From contig CAMVIT010000007.1 in the NCBI GenBank assembly GCA_947167635.1, positions 6,094 to 70,093 of the forward strand: 64,000 bases of DNA, read 5' to 3'. The DNA comes from an uncultured Bacteroidales bacterium (GTDB taxonomy: Bacteria > Bacteroidota > Bacteroidia > Bacteroidales > WCHB1-69). Each line of letters opens with the position of its first letter. Within the stretch, counting starts at the first letter, position 1. The translations under genes were made by a program, and so were the position numbers. This document shows, piece after piece, positions 8,071-16,749 of this stretch. Below the pieces are notes generated by a model. It saw only the letters and a program-made list of their open reading frames with translations. It had not been told where the DNA came from and did no database searches.

Positions 8071-9399
8071 ATGAAGAACTTTGATGGATCGCTTTTATAC
8101 AAGTTACGACTAATCTGGTCTTACAAAGATGTTCTCAGGAATCATTTTCCACCTGCTTTCAAACTCTACTCAAAATCATTTCGTCAAGCACAACTCGATG
8201 CTGCTCGTAAGATAAAAGATAAAGAGTGTATCAACGTCGCTTTCCTTCTTCCCATTCCTGGAATGTGGAAATTGGACAGCGTATATCGGCAGATGGCACT
8301 TCTGCCTAATTTTCACCCTTACATTGTAGTCTTCCCCTACTCCACCCATAAAGAATTTGACAATCAAGAGGTTGAAAAAACGCTGATACGGACAGAACAA
8401 TTTGTCAAGGACAATGGATACGAATATGTAGTTCCCTACGACAAGCCGACGAACAAATGGCTTGATGTCAACAAGGAGTATCATCCTGACATTGTATTTT
8501 TTTGCACTCCATACAAGGATTCTCTCCCTCAATATTTTATTTACAATTTTCGCAATGTATTAACTTGCTACGTTCAATATTCTTTTTGTTCATTAAAGAA
8601 TTACGACTCAAATTATAATCGTGCCTTCCACAGCCTTGTCGGTATTCACTTTTTAGAAAGCACTATACATAAAGAAATGGCGGGGAAGCATTCAAGAAAC
8701 AAGGCTATAAATGCCGTTGTCACTGGATATCCTGCAACTGAAATTTATCTTAGAAAAGACTATAGTCCAAAAAAATGTTGGAAAGAACTCAATGGACCTC
8801 GTAAAAAAGTTATTTGGGCTCCTCATCACTCCGTTGATTATCAAGATTTTGTATCTACATTCATGATGATAAGTGAAGATATGATTCGTCTCGCCGAGAA
8901 GTACAAGGAGACCATCCAGTTTGCATTTAAACCGCACCAATTGCTAAAATTCAAGTTACAACAGATTTGGGGCAAAGAGAAGACAGAGGCTTACTACGAC
9001 AAATGGGCAACAATGGAGAACACTCAACTTGTCAGCGATGGTTATGAGGACCTGTTCATCACTTCAGATGCTATGATTCACGATTGTGGATCTTTTACAA
9101 CTGAATATTTATTTACCAAAAAGCCTGTAATGTATTTATGCAGAAATGAGAACATGTCAGAAAAGTTCAATGAATTCGGTATAAAGGCCTTCATTTGCCA
9201 TTACCAAGGTCAAAGCACAGAAGACATTGATCATTTTTTGCAAGAAGTAGTTATCTCTGACATCGACCCGATGAAAGTTCAACGTGAGCATTTTTTTGAT
9301 GAATACTTAATGCCTAAAGACGGCATATTACCATCGCAAAAAATCCTGAAAGTCATTAAGAATGTCATAAATGGCGACACTTCAGACTTTGAAGATTGA
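8071..9399 (+). CDS. CDP-glycerol glycerophosphotransferase family protein (TagB/TagF-like)
   Basis: KKVIWAPHHS resembles the (I/L)YAPT(W/F)R block. DLFITSDAMIHDCGSFTTEYLFTKKPVMYL resembles the SDxLITDYSSxxFDFxxxxKPxIFF block of the Glyphos_transf family. The gene sits next to tagD. Confidence 0.6.
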   Translation: MKNFDGSLLYKLRLIWSYKDVLRNHFPPAFKLYSKSFRQAQLDAARKIKDKECINVAFLLPIPGMWKLDSVYRQMALLPNFHPYIVVFPYSTHKEFDNQEVEKTLIRTEQFVKDNGYEYVVPYDKPTNKWLDVNKEYHPDIVFFCTPYKDSLPQYFIYNFRNVLTCYVQYSFCSLKNYDSNYNRAFHSLVGIHFLESTIHKEMAGKHSRNKAINAVVTGYPATEIYLRKDYSPKKCWKELNGPRKKVIWAPHHSVDYQDFVSTFMMISEDMIRLAEKYKETIQFAFKPHQLLKFKLQQIWGKEKTEAYYDKWATMENTQLVSDGYEDLFITSDAMIHDCGSFTTEYLFTKKPVMYLCRNENMSEKFNEFGIKAFICHYQGQSTEDIDHFLQEVVISDIDPMKVQREHFFDEYLMPKDGILPSQKILKVIKNVINGDTSDFED

Positions 9400-9433
9400 G
9401 TTGCATTTCATCTTAAAACAGATATTGAGGCAC

Positions 9434-10516
9434 ATGCATATTTTGACAAACTCATTACTATCATCTACAACTGCTCAATCAAGACGCGATTCCAACATGG
9501 AATTGCTTCGAATCGTGGCAATGCTCTTAGTTATGATTGTCCACGCCGACTTTCGCGCATTGCAGATTCCGTCAGTGACCGATTTCTATGATGATACCTA
9601 TCGTACCGTGATGCGTCTTTTCATTGAGTCGCTCTCCATCATCTGCGTAAATACCTTCGTGCTTCTTTCAGGCTGGTTTGGTATTCGATTTCGTTTTGAA
9701 AGAATGTTCGAATTCCTTTTCCAAGTTTGCTTTTTTTCCATCTTAGGCATCGGAATAGCCACACTCACGGCTCCGAACGAGGTTGTTTCTCTGCGTGGGG
9801 TAGCGAGTTTCTTGTTGCTTGGCGATAAGGATTACTGGTTTGTCAAGTGTTATCTGTTGATGTATCTCTTCGCGCCAGTCATGAACTCTTTTGTGGAACA
9901 TTGTTCTGAAAGACAATTCCGCATTTTTCTTCTGTGCTTCTATGCTTTTCAAACCGTTTACGGATTTGTTGGTGGTGCCGAATGGTTCAAGCTGGGCTAT
10001 TCAGGACTTTCGTTTATGGGGCTATATCTTTTGGCCCGTTATATTCGCCTTTACCCCAACCGTTTCACTTCTTTAAATAAGAGATGGGACATGGTTGTGT
10101 ATTTCAGCTTTGTGGTTGTGATGACACTTTTAAGTGTTGCTGTGTTGGCGGCTGGACAAAATCCAAAGATAATTGGCCGTATATATGCTTACACCTCACC
10201 GTTGGTCATCGTACCTTCAGTCTATTTTCTTTTGTTCTTCTCCAAAATCAAATTATCATACAATAAAGTCATCAATTGGGTTGCTGCTTCTTGCTTTGCT
10301 ATATATTTAGTTCATAGTAATATATGGCTCGCCCGCCACTATGATGGTGTTATCCAGCACTTATTTGCCACTCATAGAGGTTTCGGTTTTTTCGCCCATG
10401 CCATTCTATTTATATTATTGGTGTTTATAGTCTCTATTTTGATTGACAAAATACGACTTCTCTTATGGAGATTGATTGCACCTCTTTTTCAGCATAAAAA
10501 AGAACCAATACAATAG
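9434..10516 (+). CDS. acyltransferase family 3 membrane protein (O-acyltransferase)
   Basis: RRDSNMELLRIVAMLLVMIVHA is the typical N-terminus of acyltransferase_3, followed by about 10 hydrophobic segments. The start is ambiguous (9371, 9434 or 9497); 9434 avoids overlapping the upstream gene. Confidence 0.7.
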   Translation: MHILTNSLLSSTTAQSRRDSNMELLRIVAMLLVMIVHADFRALQIPSVTDFYDDTYRTVMRLFIESLSIICVNTFVLLSGWFGIRFRFERMFEFLFQVCFFSILGIGIATLTAPNEVVSLRGVASFLLLGDKDYWFVKCYLLMYLFAPVMNSFVEHCSERQFRIFLLCFYAFQTVYGFVGGAEWFKLGYSGLSFMGLYLLARYIRLYPNRFTSLNKRWDMVVYFSFVVVMTLLSVAVLAAGQNPKIIGRIYAYTSPLVIVPSVYFLLFFSKIKLSYNKVINWVAASCFAIYLVHSNIWLARHYDGVIQHLFATHRGFGFFAHAILFILLVFIVSILIDKIRLLLWRLIAPLFQHKKEPIQ

Positions 10517-10542
10517 CAAAGACCCAAACAGGTGACAATCTA

Positions 10543-10602
10543 TCACCTCCCCACCAATCCTTTCGTCACATTCCACCGGAACTGGATCAGCTTCCAGCCG
10601 CA
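10543..10602 (-). pseudogene. 3'-terminal remnant of a GT2 glycosyltransferase paralog
   Basis: The minus-strand translation CGWKLIQFRWNVTKGLVGR* matches the C-terminus of the intact GT2 at 11696 (RGWKLIQFRWNVTRGLLGK*). An in-frame stop lies upstream at 10648-10650. Confidence 0.5.
10563..10601. repeat. 39-bp perfect direct repeat (copy 1) flanking the ORF6N gene
   Basis: tcgtcacattccaccggaactggatcagcttccagccgc is identical to 11716-11754. Confidence 0.9.
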
Positions 10603-10683
10603 CTTGGGTGTGCAAGGTTCCGTTTGGCGCGTCCACCCTCGCGAGCCTCAGCCCGCTATTGCCGTCAATAATTGATTTGGCGA

Positions 10684-11607
10684 TTACTTCAAAAACGACA
10701 ACACCATCTCGGGGGTGAAATCAACTTTAATGACAGTACAGAGACCGTGGCCCATGTCTTTGGCGGAGGCTCCGAGCAGCCATACTTCATTGTCAATAAT
10801 CAGGTAGCGGTCGTGGATGTGTAGTGAAAGCTGGATTTTCTTGATCTCTGCATTCTGCTCGTTATGTTTCTCAAAGTCCAAGTCCGTCTGCTTGCTGAAG
10901 CGGGTATGGACAGTACATTCAACGCCAGCGGCTCGCTTGTCGAGCAAGAACAGGGTGCGCTCATCAACAAAGTTGTCAATAAGGATAATTCGGTGCTTTG
11001 CACGTCTCACCAGGCTGCTTAAGAAAGAGTAGGCATCCCAAACGCAGCCTGTGCCAAACAATTCTTCGGTTATTATTGCGGGCGAAAGTTCCTCAATCTT
11101 GTCTAACACCACGTCAAGTTTCTTGTCCGTTTCTATCTGCTTCCGTTCCAATGCGCCTACGCGTTGAAATAGTCCGGCGTTGGAGGTGATAAAACGGCGC
11201 ATCGCCACAAAGGCACGCATGATGGAGATACTCACGTCGGCAGCTCTTTGGCTCTTGAGCACGGTGGCCAGCATGGCAACGCCCTGCTCTGTGAAGGCAA
11301 ACATATCAGTGCCGCCAGTATTGTAGTCAGGGGGTATCACAGTTTGTGACACCCCACTGGAAATCAACTGATTAGACTCATCCTTAGATAATCGAAGCAT
11401 AAAATCTTCGGGAAATTTGGCCGGATTTCGACGTACGGCTTGCTTCAATGCACGGTTTTCCACGCCGTAAAGCAACGCCAAATCGCGGTCAATCATCACC
11501 TGCATATTTCTTACAGTGTAGATTCTGGCTTGTATCTCTGCAAGCAATACAGGCTGATTGTCGTGTATCACAACGACTTTTGTTTCATTTGTTCGATTCT
11601 CTTTCAT
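10684..11607 (-). CDS. ORF6N (KilA-N-related) DNA-binding domain protein with C-terminal PLD/HKD-like domain
   Basis: The N-terminus (IYTVRNMQVMIDRDLALLYGVENRALKQAVRRNPAKFPEDFMLRL) is the ORF6N signature. The C-terminus carries HRIILIDNF...HIHDRYLIIDNEVWLLGASAKDMG, which resembles a divergent HKD (PLD-superfamily) motif. Confidence 0.75.
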   Translation of the reverse strand: MKENRTNETKVVVIHDNQPVLLAEIQARIYTVRNMQVMIDRDLALLYGVENRALKQAVRRNPAKFPEDFMLRLSKDESNQLISSGVSQTVIPPDYNTGGTDMFAFTEQGVAMLATVLKSQRAADVSISIMRAFVAMRRFITSNAGLFQRVGALERKQIETDKKLDVVLDKIEELSPAIITEELFGTGCVWDAYSFLSSLVRRAKHRIILIDNFVDERTLFLLDKRAAGVECTVHTRFSKQTDLDFEKHNEQNAEIKKIQLSLHIHDRYLIIDNEVWLLGASAKDMGHGLCTVIKVDFTPEMVLSFLK

Positions 11608-11611
11608 GGTG

Positions 11612-11619
11612 CAAAAGTA
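11612..11619 (-). promoter_or_regulatory. -7 box (tacttttg on minus strand) just upstream of the ORF6N gene
   Basis: Exact TAnnTTTG only 4 nt from the ATG at 11607. This implies a leaderless or very short-leader mRNA, or another promoter further upstream. Confidence 0.35.
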
Positions 11620-11695
11620 TAATTTTAATTTTATATAAAAAAGATTTTTCTATATAAAAAATTAACTTTTGCATTAGGCTAAAGCGGTTAAGTGG

Positions 11696-12598
11696 TTATT
11701 TTCCCAACAACCCCCTCGTCACATTCCACCGGAACTGGATCAGCTTCCAGCCGCGCCTCGGCGCACCTGTGAGCGTGTGGCCGATGCAGAGCACCATGGA
11801 GGCCGCCCACTTGATTGCCTCTGACACGAGCCGCTTCACATATTTCCCCTTCCCGATATTCAGCGTGCGCATGCGCTCGCTCTTGCCAATGGAGTAGGTC
11901 AGTCGATCAAAATAGTCCTTGCTGAGCTTCTTCTCGGGGATAAGGTGATAAAGAATGGCTGTCGGCAGATAGTAAAAACGCATTCCGAGCGTGGTCATCT
12001 TGTCGAAAATGTCCTTTTCTTCTGCGCCAACCAGGCTGTCGCCTTTGCGGCCCAGCTCCACATTGAACAACCCCACTCTCTCGAAAACAGAAGCCCTGTA
12101 AGCAGCATTGCCGCCTCCGGGATAATCGTTCTTGGGAAACTCTTTCTCTTTGTCACCCAAATACTTGTATCCTGTAATCAGCGCTTTTGTAAAATGTGAC
12201 ATCCAAGCAGGCTCTTCTGTTTCGTATTTCGGGATGATAGGTCCGCCGGCCGCCTCGATGTCAGGATGTTGTTCGAAAAAGTCGGCGTACGTCTGCAGAT
12301 ATTCTTTGTTGACAAGAGCATCGTCATCCACATATACCAAAATGTCGCCATTACTTTCCTTTATGCCGCGGTTGCGCGCGTGGGAGAGCCCTTGGTGGGT
12401 CTCGACGAAATAGCGGAACGTCACCTCGGGAAAATCGTGTACGAAACGATCGCATTCGCTTTGTGTGTTGTCTGTGCAGTTGTTTTCAACTAAGACAATC
12501 TCATACTTTTCGGACGACAACGTGTTCTCTACAAGGCTTTTCAGAACATTGTAGATATACTTGTCGCGGTTATAGGTGCAGAGGATGACGGAGAGCAT
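11696..12598 (-). CDS. glycosyltransferase family 2
   Basis: MLSVILCTYNRDKYI N-terminus and a VYVDDDA (DxD) motif. Soluble, with no C-terminal TM helices. Confidence 0.85.
   Translation of the reverse strand: MLSVILCTYNRDKYIYNVLKSLVENTLSSEKYEIVLVENNCTDNTQSECDRFVHDFPEVTFRYFVETHQGLSHARNRGIKESNGDILVYVDDDALVNKEYLQTYADFFEQHPDIEAAGGPIIPKYETEEPAWMSHFTKALITGYKYLGDKEKEFPKNDYPGGGNAAYRASVFERVGLFNVELGRKGDSLVGAEEKDIFDKMTTLGMRFYYLPTAILYHLIPEKKLSKDYFDRLTYSIGKSERMRTLNIGKGKYVKRLVSEAIKWAASMVLCIGHTLTGAPRRGWKLIQFRWNVTRGLLGK
11716..11754. repeat. 39-bp perfect direct repeat (copy 2), inside the 3' end of the GT2 gene
   Basis: Identical to 10563-10601. Confidence 0.9.
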
Positions 12599-12614
12599 AG
12601 TCTATGGATTGTGA

Positions 12615-15095
12615 TTAGTTGTTCGTGGCTTCCTTTTTCGACTTACGGTAATACAACACCAACGAACCTGCCACTGCCAGCACGAACAGGATGGAACAAA
12701 TCACGGAGACCTTGTCCAGTTTGTGCATCAGCGGCGCCTCGTTTTTGAACTCGATTTTATGCTCGCCGGCGGGAATCACCATGGCGCGTAGGATGTAATC
12801 CGCGCGGAAGTAGTCGGCCGGTTTGCCGTCGATGTAGGCGCGCCAGTCGGGGGCGTAATAGACCTCTGAAAAGACCGCCAGCTGATCTTTGCTGGTCTTC
12901 GTCTTATAGACCACGTAGTCCGGATTGTACGGTTTCTGGTGCTCCATCGCGATGACGGAGTTGCTGTCGCGTTCCAGATTCTTGCCTTTCACCATCTCGG
13001 CGAAACGCTTGTCTATGACGGCCGTATCGGCAGGATTCAGTTCGTTAAGGGCCAGGATCTCTGCACTGGCGTCATCCACCAGCTGATACTGATCCACAAA
13101 CCACGCGTTTCCTAAAGCATCGGGATTGCGCTGCACTTGAGGCTGGTTATTCTGTCCCGGCATCACCACATAGCGGGCGTTCAACATGTTCAGGACATTC
13201 GGATTAATATGACGTGAGAGGTAGAAATCAATAATATCTTGGTAACGACGTAATTTAGCTGCGCTGTAACCACCAATCTGATGATGATAAGCGGAAGGAT
13301 AGGAATCGTTGAAGGTATTTACCGAGAGGTCGAACACGCGATAGTCCTCATCATTGAACTGGGCAGCGTACTGATCCAGCATCTGGTCGGTCTGCGACGG
13401 TCTGAGTTTAGCGCGCTTCTCGGTGATGAATTTCGAGTCGTTGAGGTAACGGCGATCAACACCCCAAAGGTCGAACAGCACGAGGCAGGCCAGAACGCCT
13501 ATGATGATGCCCGACTGCTTGATTTTCTCATTGATATAGAGCCACAGGGCCACAGCGGAGATCAGGATGAGTATCAGTGAGCGCCAGGAGTCGGACATAA
13601 AAAGGGCCTTGCGGTCTTGTACGAGGATATCCTGGATGGCATCCCATTGGGCACCATATTGCGCAGCCATCTGCACATCGCTGGCACCGGAGAAAGAGAA
13701 ACCACCGGAAAAGGCCATCATCAGCAGAATAAAGCCTGCTGTGATACCCGTAGAGATATATAGTCCGAGATTCAGCTTCTTCTTATCGACAGGATTCTCC
13801 TTGTCAAAGATGGATTTCAAGGCAAGAACTGCCATCAAGACCATCGTCACATTAGCCATCACGAGACTCATGGACGGAGTACGGAACTTGTTGTAGAGGG
13901 GAAGATGCTCGAACAGGAAGCTATTGAAGCCCATCAGGTTCTTGCCCCACGACATCAGGATGGCAAGGATTGTGGCCAAAAGGATCCACCAGCGTTCAGG
14001 GCCTTTCACCACAAAGAGGCCAAGGACAAACAGGAAGATGATGATAGCGCCGAAATAGACCGGACCGGAAGTGAAAGGTTGGTCGCCCCAGTAGAGCGGT
14101 GCCTGTTTTTGGCGAAAGTTCTTGTAGAATTGGGAATCCGTGCCAACGGTCTCGCCAGAGCCGCCGCCGTATGAACCAGGCACAAGCAGCGTATAGGTTT
14201 CGCCCTTGCCGTAGCTCCAGCTGTAGGCGTAGTCAATGTCCAGACCGTCGGATGCCGCGATGGACTTGGCTTCACCGTCCTTGTAGAGGTCTTCCGGGGT
14301 TACGGTAATTTCTGAACCGCCACGCATGGTATATTTCACATACTCCTGGTTGATGAAGAGAAGTCGGGCATTTGCGCCAATGGCAAATCCAATACCGATC
14401 AACATCACTCCCACGCCCAAAAGCAATGATTTAAACTCCTTGTCTTTGATAGCATAAACCAGATATACAAGACCGAGGATAAGTCCGATCAACATGGTGT
14501 AATAGGTGATCTGTATGTGGTTGCAGGCGATTTGGATGCCCAATGCCAAGGCAAACAGGAGGCCGCCCCAAAGGTATTTTTTACGCTGCAGTATCAGAAG
14601 CATACCACCCAAAATGGGAGCCATCATAGCCATGGCGTATGCTTTGGTGATGTGCCCAGCCTCTATAATGATAATGTTGTAGCTGCCCAGCCCAAAGGCC
14701 AATGCCCCTAACAAACTCAGCCATGGAGATGCCCCGATGGCTATCAGAGCCACATAAAAACCAATAAGATAGAGAAAAATGATGCCGATGTTTCCTCCGT
14801 ACCCCACATATTTCAAATTCAAGACATTCTCTATTTTACTAAAGACAGATTTGGAGGGTGGTGTGGTCACTTGGTATGACGGCATACCGCTGAACATGGA
14901 ACTGGTCCAAAGCGTATATTCCCCTGTATTTTCCTGGAAATCGTGCTGTTCTTTGGCCATGGCCTGCCACTTCATCGTATCCCCTTGCTGGATTACTTTT
15001 CCGTCGAAGACAGGGGACATGTAAATGGCGGCCAGCAGGAAGAAGAAAAAGATGATGCCGCAATGGATTAGGGTTTTCTTAAGGATTGGTTTCAT
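12615..15095 (-). CDS. YfhO family polytopic membrane protein (putative lipid-linked glycosyltransferase, GT-C-like)
   Basis: 826 aa. The N-terminal half has many TM segments and the C-terminal part is extracytoplasmic with a final TM. The opening MSPVFDGKVIQQGDTMKWQAMAKEQHDF...WTSSMFSGMPSYQV is typical of Bacteroidota YfhO proteins. Confidence 0.7.
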   Translation of the reverse strand: MKPILKKTLIHCGIIFFFFLLAAIYMSPVFDGKVIQQGDTMKWQAMAKEQHDFQENTGEYTLWTSSMFSGMPSYQVTTPPSKSVFSKIENVLNLKYVGYGGNIGIIFLYLIGFYVALIAIGASPWLSLLGALAFGLGSYNIIIIEAGHITKAYAMAMMAPILGGMLLILQRKKYLWGGLLFALALGIQIACNHIQITYYTMLIGLILGLVYLVYAIKDKEFKSLLLGVGVMLIGIGFAIGANARLLFINQEYVKYTMRGGSEITVTPEDLYKDGEAKSIAASDGLDIDYAYSWSYGKGETYTLLVPGSYGGGSGETVGTDSQFYKNFRQKQAPLYWGDQPFTSGPVYFGAIIIFLFVLGLFVVKGPERWWILLATILAILMSWGKNLMGFNSFLFEHLPLYNKFRTPSMSLVMANVTMVLMAVLALKSIFDKENPVDKKKLNLGLYISTGITAGFILLMMAFSGGFSFSGASDVQMAAQYGAQWDAIQDILVQDRKALFMSDSWRSLILILISAVALWLYINEKIKQSGIIIGVLACLVLFDLWGVDRRYLNDSKFITEKRAKLRPSQTDQMLDQYAAQFNDEDYRVFDLSVNTFNDSYPSAYHHQIGGYSAAKLRRYQDIIDFYLSRHINPNVLNMLNARYVVMPGQNNQPQVQRNPDALGNAWFVDQYQLVDDASAEILALNELNPADTAVIDKRFAEMVKGKNLERDSNSVIAMEHQKPYNPDYVVYKTKTSKDQLAVFSEVYYAPDWRAYIDGKPADYFRADYILRAMVIPAGEHKIEFKNEAPLMHKLDKVSVICSILFVLAVAGSLVLYYRKSKKEATNN

Positions 15096-15132
15096 ATTTC
15101 TCTTGCTTTTTTTATTTCAATTTTTGAAGTTG

Positions 15133-15140
15133 CAAAAGTA
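15133..15140 (-). promoter_or_regulatory. -7 box (tacttttg) upstream of the YfhO gene
   Basis: Exact TAnnTTTG, 37 nt upstream of the ATG at 15095. Confidence 0.45.
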
Positions 15141-15195
15141 CGAAAAAATAACGGTTGTCGCGAATGATAAAAAACAGATCATACGACGAGTTTCT

Positions 15196-16143
15196 CTATA
15201 TAGTATTCTCTCTCAAACGGGACAAACGTTCGCATATCATCTGCCAATAAGCCTCTTGATAATCCTTTGGGAGGAAAGAATCACGGATGGCCTGCTCCCA
15301 CCCCAGATATTTCTTTTGGAATTTGCGGAAGATGTTCGAAATGACCCTATCGGAAATGCCAGCTCGTTGCATAGCCTGATCGAAATCAGCTGGTTTGATT
15401 TTCTTTTTCCGCCCGTTAAGGGTAAGCGCCAGTTCCTCCTTGTCATTTGGATTGACCAATGCCGCATTCAGAAAATCGTAAGCAGGTGTCAGTCGAAACC
15501 CTTCGTCTGTGGGGTTATATAGCGCGAAGTTTTTGAGGTGCATATCGTTGTTTCCCGTCAGCCAGCAGAAAATCAGCAGCTCGTAATAGCGCGTCAGGTC
15601 CATTTCAGGGAGGGAGGAGTACTCACGAATCACTTTCGCCACCTGCTCGTATGAGCTTTTGTATTTGTACTCCGTCGTGCGTTTCGATAGTTGGCAAAAG
15701 TCTTCCATAGCGATTTTTTCGCCTGAAGGAAGCCGGTCGATGCGGCGGGTGATGTAGCATAATTCGCCATCTCTCATCCGGATGAGGGAATGAGGAACCA
15801 CCGAAATGCCGAACTGTTCAGCAAGACACATTGTAAGCTGCTCCACTTCGGGCAAATATGGAAACCTATCGGTTTGAGGTTTAAGAATGAACCCGCCCCA
15901 AAGTCCTACGATGGTCAGGTGGCTATTTCCTTTCTTTTCGTTAAGATGTAGCGAGATTTTGGGCTGGACTCCTGTCAGCGTTGTCTGGCTCTTTATGATT
16001 TCCGCTGCCAACGCATCCATATCCGCTCGCGTGTAGTCAAAGGTCGGGGCAGGGGAAACACCAAAAAACTTCCGAGCGCAGGAATCGTGGAAATCCTGTT
16101 CGCCAGCCCCCAGTTCTTTATTGCAATACAGACACTTACTCAT
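15196..16143 (-). CDS. hipT: HipA-family Ser/Thr kinase toxin lacking the HipA N-terminal subdomain (HipT-like)
   Basis: The ATG at 16143 gives MSKCLYCNKEL...DFHDSCARKFFG. Gly-rich loop LTGVQPKISL; catalytic loop GNNDMHLKNFAL. An 8-nt overlap with the upstream gene. Confidence 0.85.
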   Translation of the reverse strand: MSKCLYCNKELGAGEQDFHDSCARKFFGVSPAPTFDYTRADMDALAAEIIKSQTTLTGVQPKISLHLNEKKGNSHLTIVGLWGGFILKPQTDRFPYLPEVEQLTMCLAEQFGISVVPHSLIRMRDGELCYITRRIDRLPSGEKIAMEDFCQLSKRTTEYKYKSSYEQVAKVIREYSSLPEMDLTRYYELLIFCWLTGNNDMHLKNFALYNPTDEGFRLTPAYDFLNAALVNPNDKEELALTLNGRKKKIKPADFDQAMQRAGISDRVISNIFRKFQKKYLGWEQAIRDSFLPKDYQEAYWQMICERLSRLRENTI

Positions 16144-16465
16144 CTTCTTCTGGAATTTCAACAACACTTAATGCACCGATACAGTCTTTGCAACAAAGCA
16201 GCAACAGCGACATCCTGTCCAATCTGCTGATGTCTGCGTTCCGTAGCGCTACATCCAACAGCCACCCTTCGGGAATCAGACCATCGAATGCCGGAAAAAG
16301 TACGGGACTTCCGTATGCAAGGTTCGATAGTGGCATTGTCAGGCTGACAGGTTGTGGGCAGCCAGACGACAAATACTCAGGTAGATACTCAAAGCGGTAT
16401 CCTGTGTCGGTTTCGGTTAAAACACCAGCCAATTGGCTTTTATAAAAGATGTTGGCTCTACGCAT
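16136..16465 (-). CDS. hipS: HipA N-terminal-subdomain protein (HipS-like)
   Basis: 109 aa. MRRANIFYKSQLAGVLTETDTGYRFEYLPEY matches the HipA N-terminal coupling domain. The gene overlaps both neighbours by 8 nt. Confidence 0.8.
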   Translation of the reverse strand: MRRANIFYKSQLAGVLTETDTGYRFEYLPEYLSSGCPQPVSLTMPLSNLAYGSPVLFPAFDGLIPEGWLLDVALRNADISRLDRMSLLLLCCKDCIGALSVVEIPEEDE

Positions 16466-16664
16466 GTTCTCTCTTTTGTGGTGTTAATTCATAATCAAAA
16501 AGGTTGAGAACTTTATTCACCATATCTATCCGTTGTGAAGTTTTGCCCTGTTCCAATTCGCGGACAAAAAACAGACTGACACCAGAGCGATAGGCCAAGT
16601 CCTCTTGTGTGAGGCCGTATTTTTTGCGTAACTCCTTTACGCATAAAGATAATCGTGTCTTCAT
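16458..16664 (-). CDS. hipB: XRE-family helix-turn-helix regulator (HipB-like)
   Basis: LRKKYGLTQEDLAYRSGVSLFFVRELEQGK is a Cro/C1 HTH. I take the ATG at 16664; the track start at 16688 is a TTG lying inside the -7 box. Confidence 0.8.
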   Translation of the reverse strand: MKTRLSLCVKELRKKYGLTQEDLAYRSGVSLFFVRELEQGKTSQRIDMVNKVLNLFDYELTPQKREHA

Positions 16665-16685
16665 AAAATTATATGATATCGTCAG

Positions 16686-16693
16686 CAAAAATA
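16686..16693 (-). promoter_or_regulatory. -7 box (tatttttg) of the hipBST-like operon
   Basis: Exact TAnnTTTG, 21 nt upstream of the ATG at 16664. Confidence 0.5.
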
Positions 16694-16709
16694 CACTTTT
16701 TTTTGAATA

Positions 16710-16729
16710 TTATATGCAATAACATATAA
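16710..16729. promoter_or_regulatory. palindromic operator candidate TTATATG-N6-CATATAA (site 1)
   Basis: Perfect 7-bp arms at the -33 position relative to the hip -7 box. An extra half-site, ttatatg, lies at 16669-16675. Confidence 0.5.
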
Positions 16730-16749
16730 AAATCATTTTACCATCGAAA

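Noticed and set aside
11610-11673. 9-bp inverted repeat (tgcaaaagt / acttttgca) around an AT-rich 46-bp segment, considered as an invertible promoter
   Set aside because: The arms are very short. One arm is simply the -7 box. There is no site-specific recombinase in the window, and the enclosed segment is too small compared with known Bacteroides invertible promoters.
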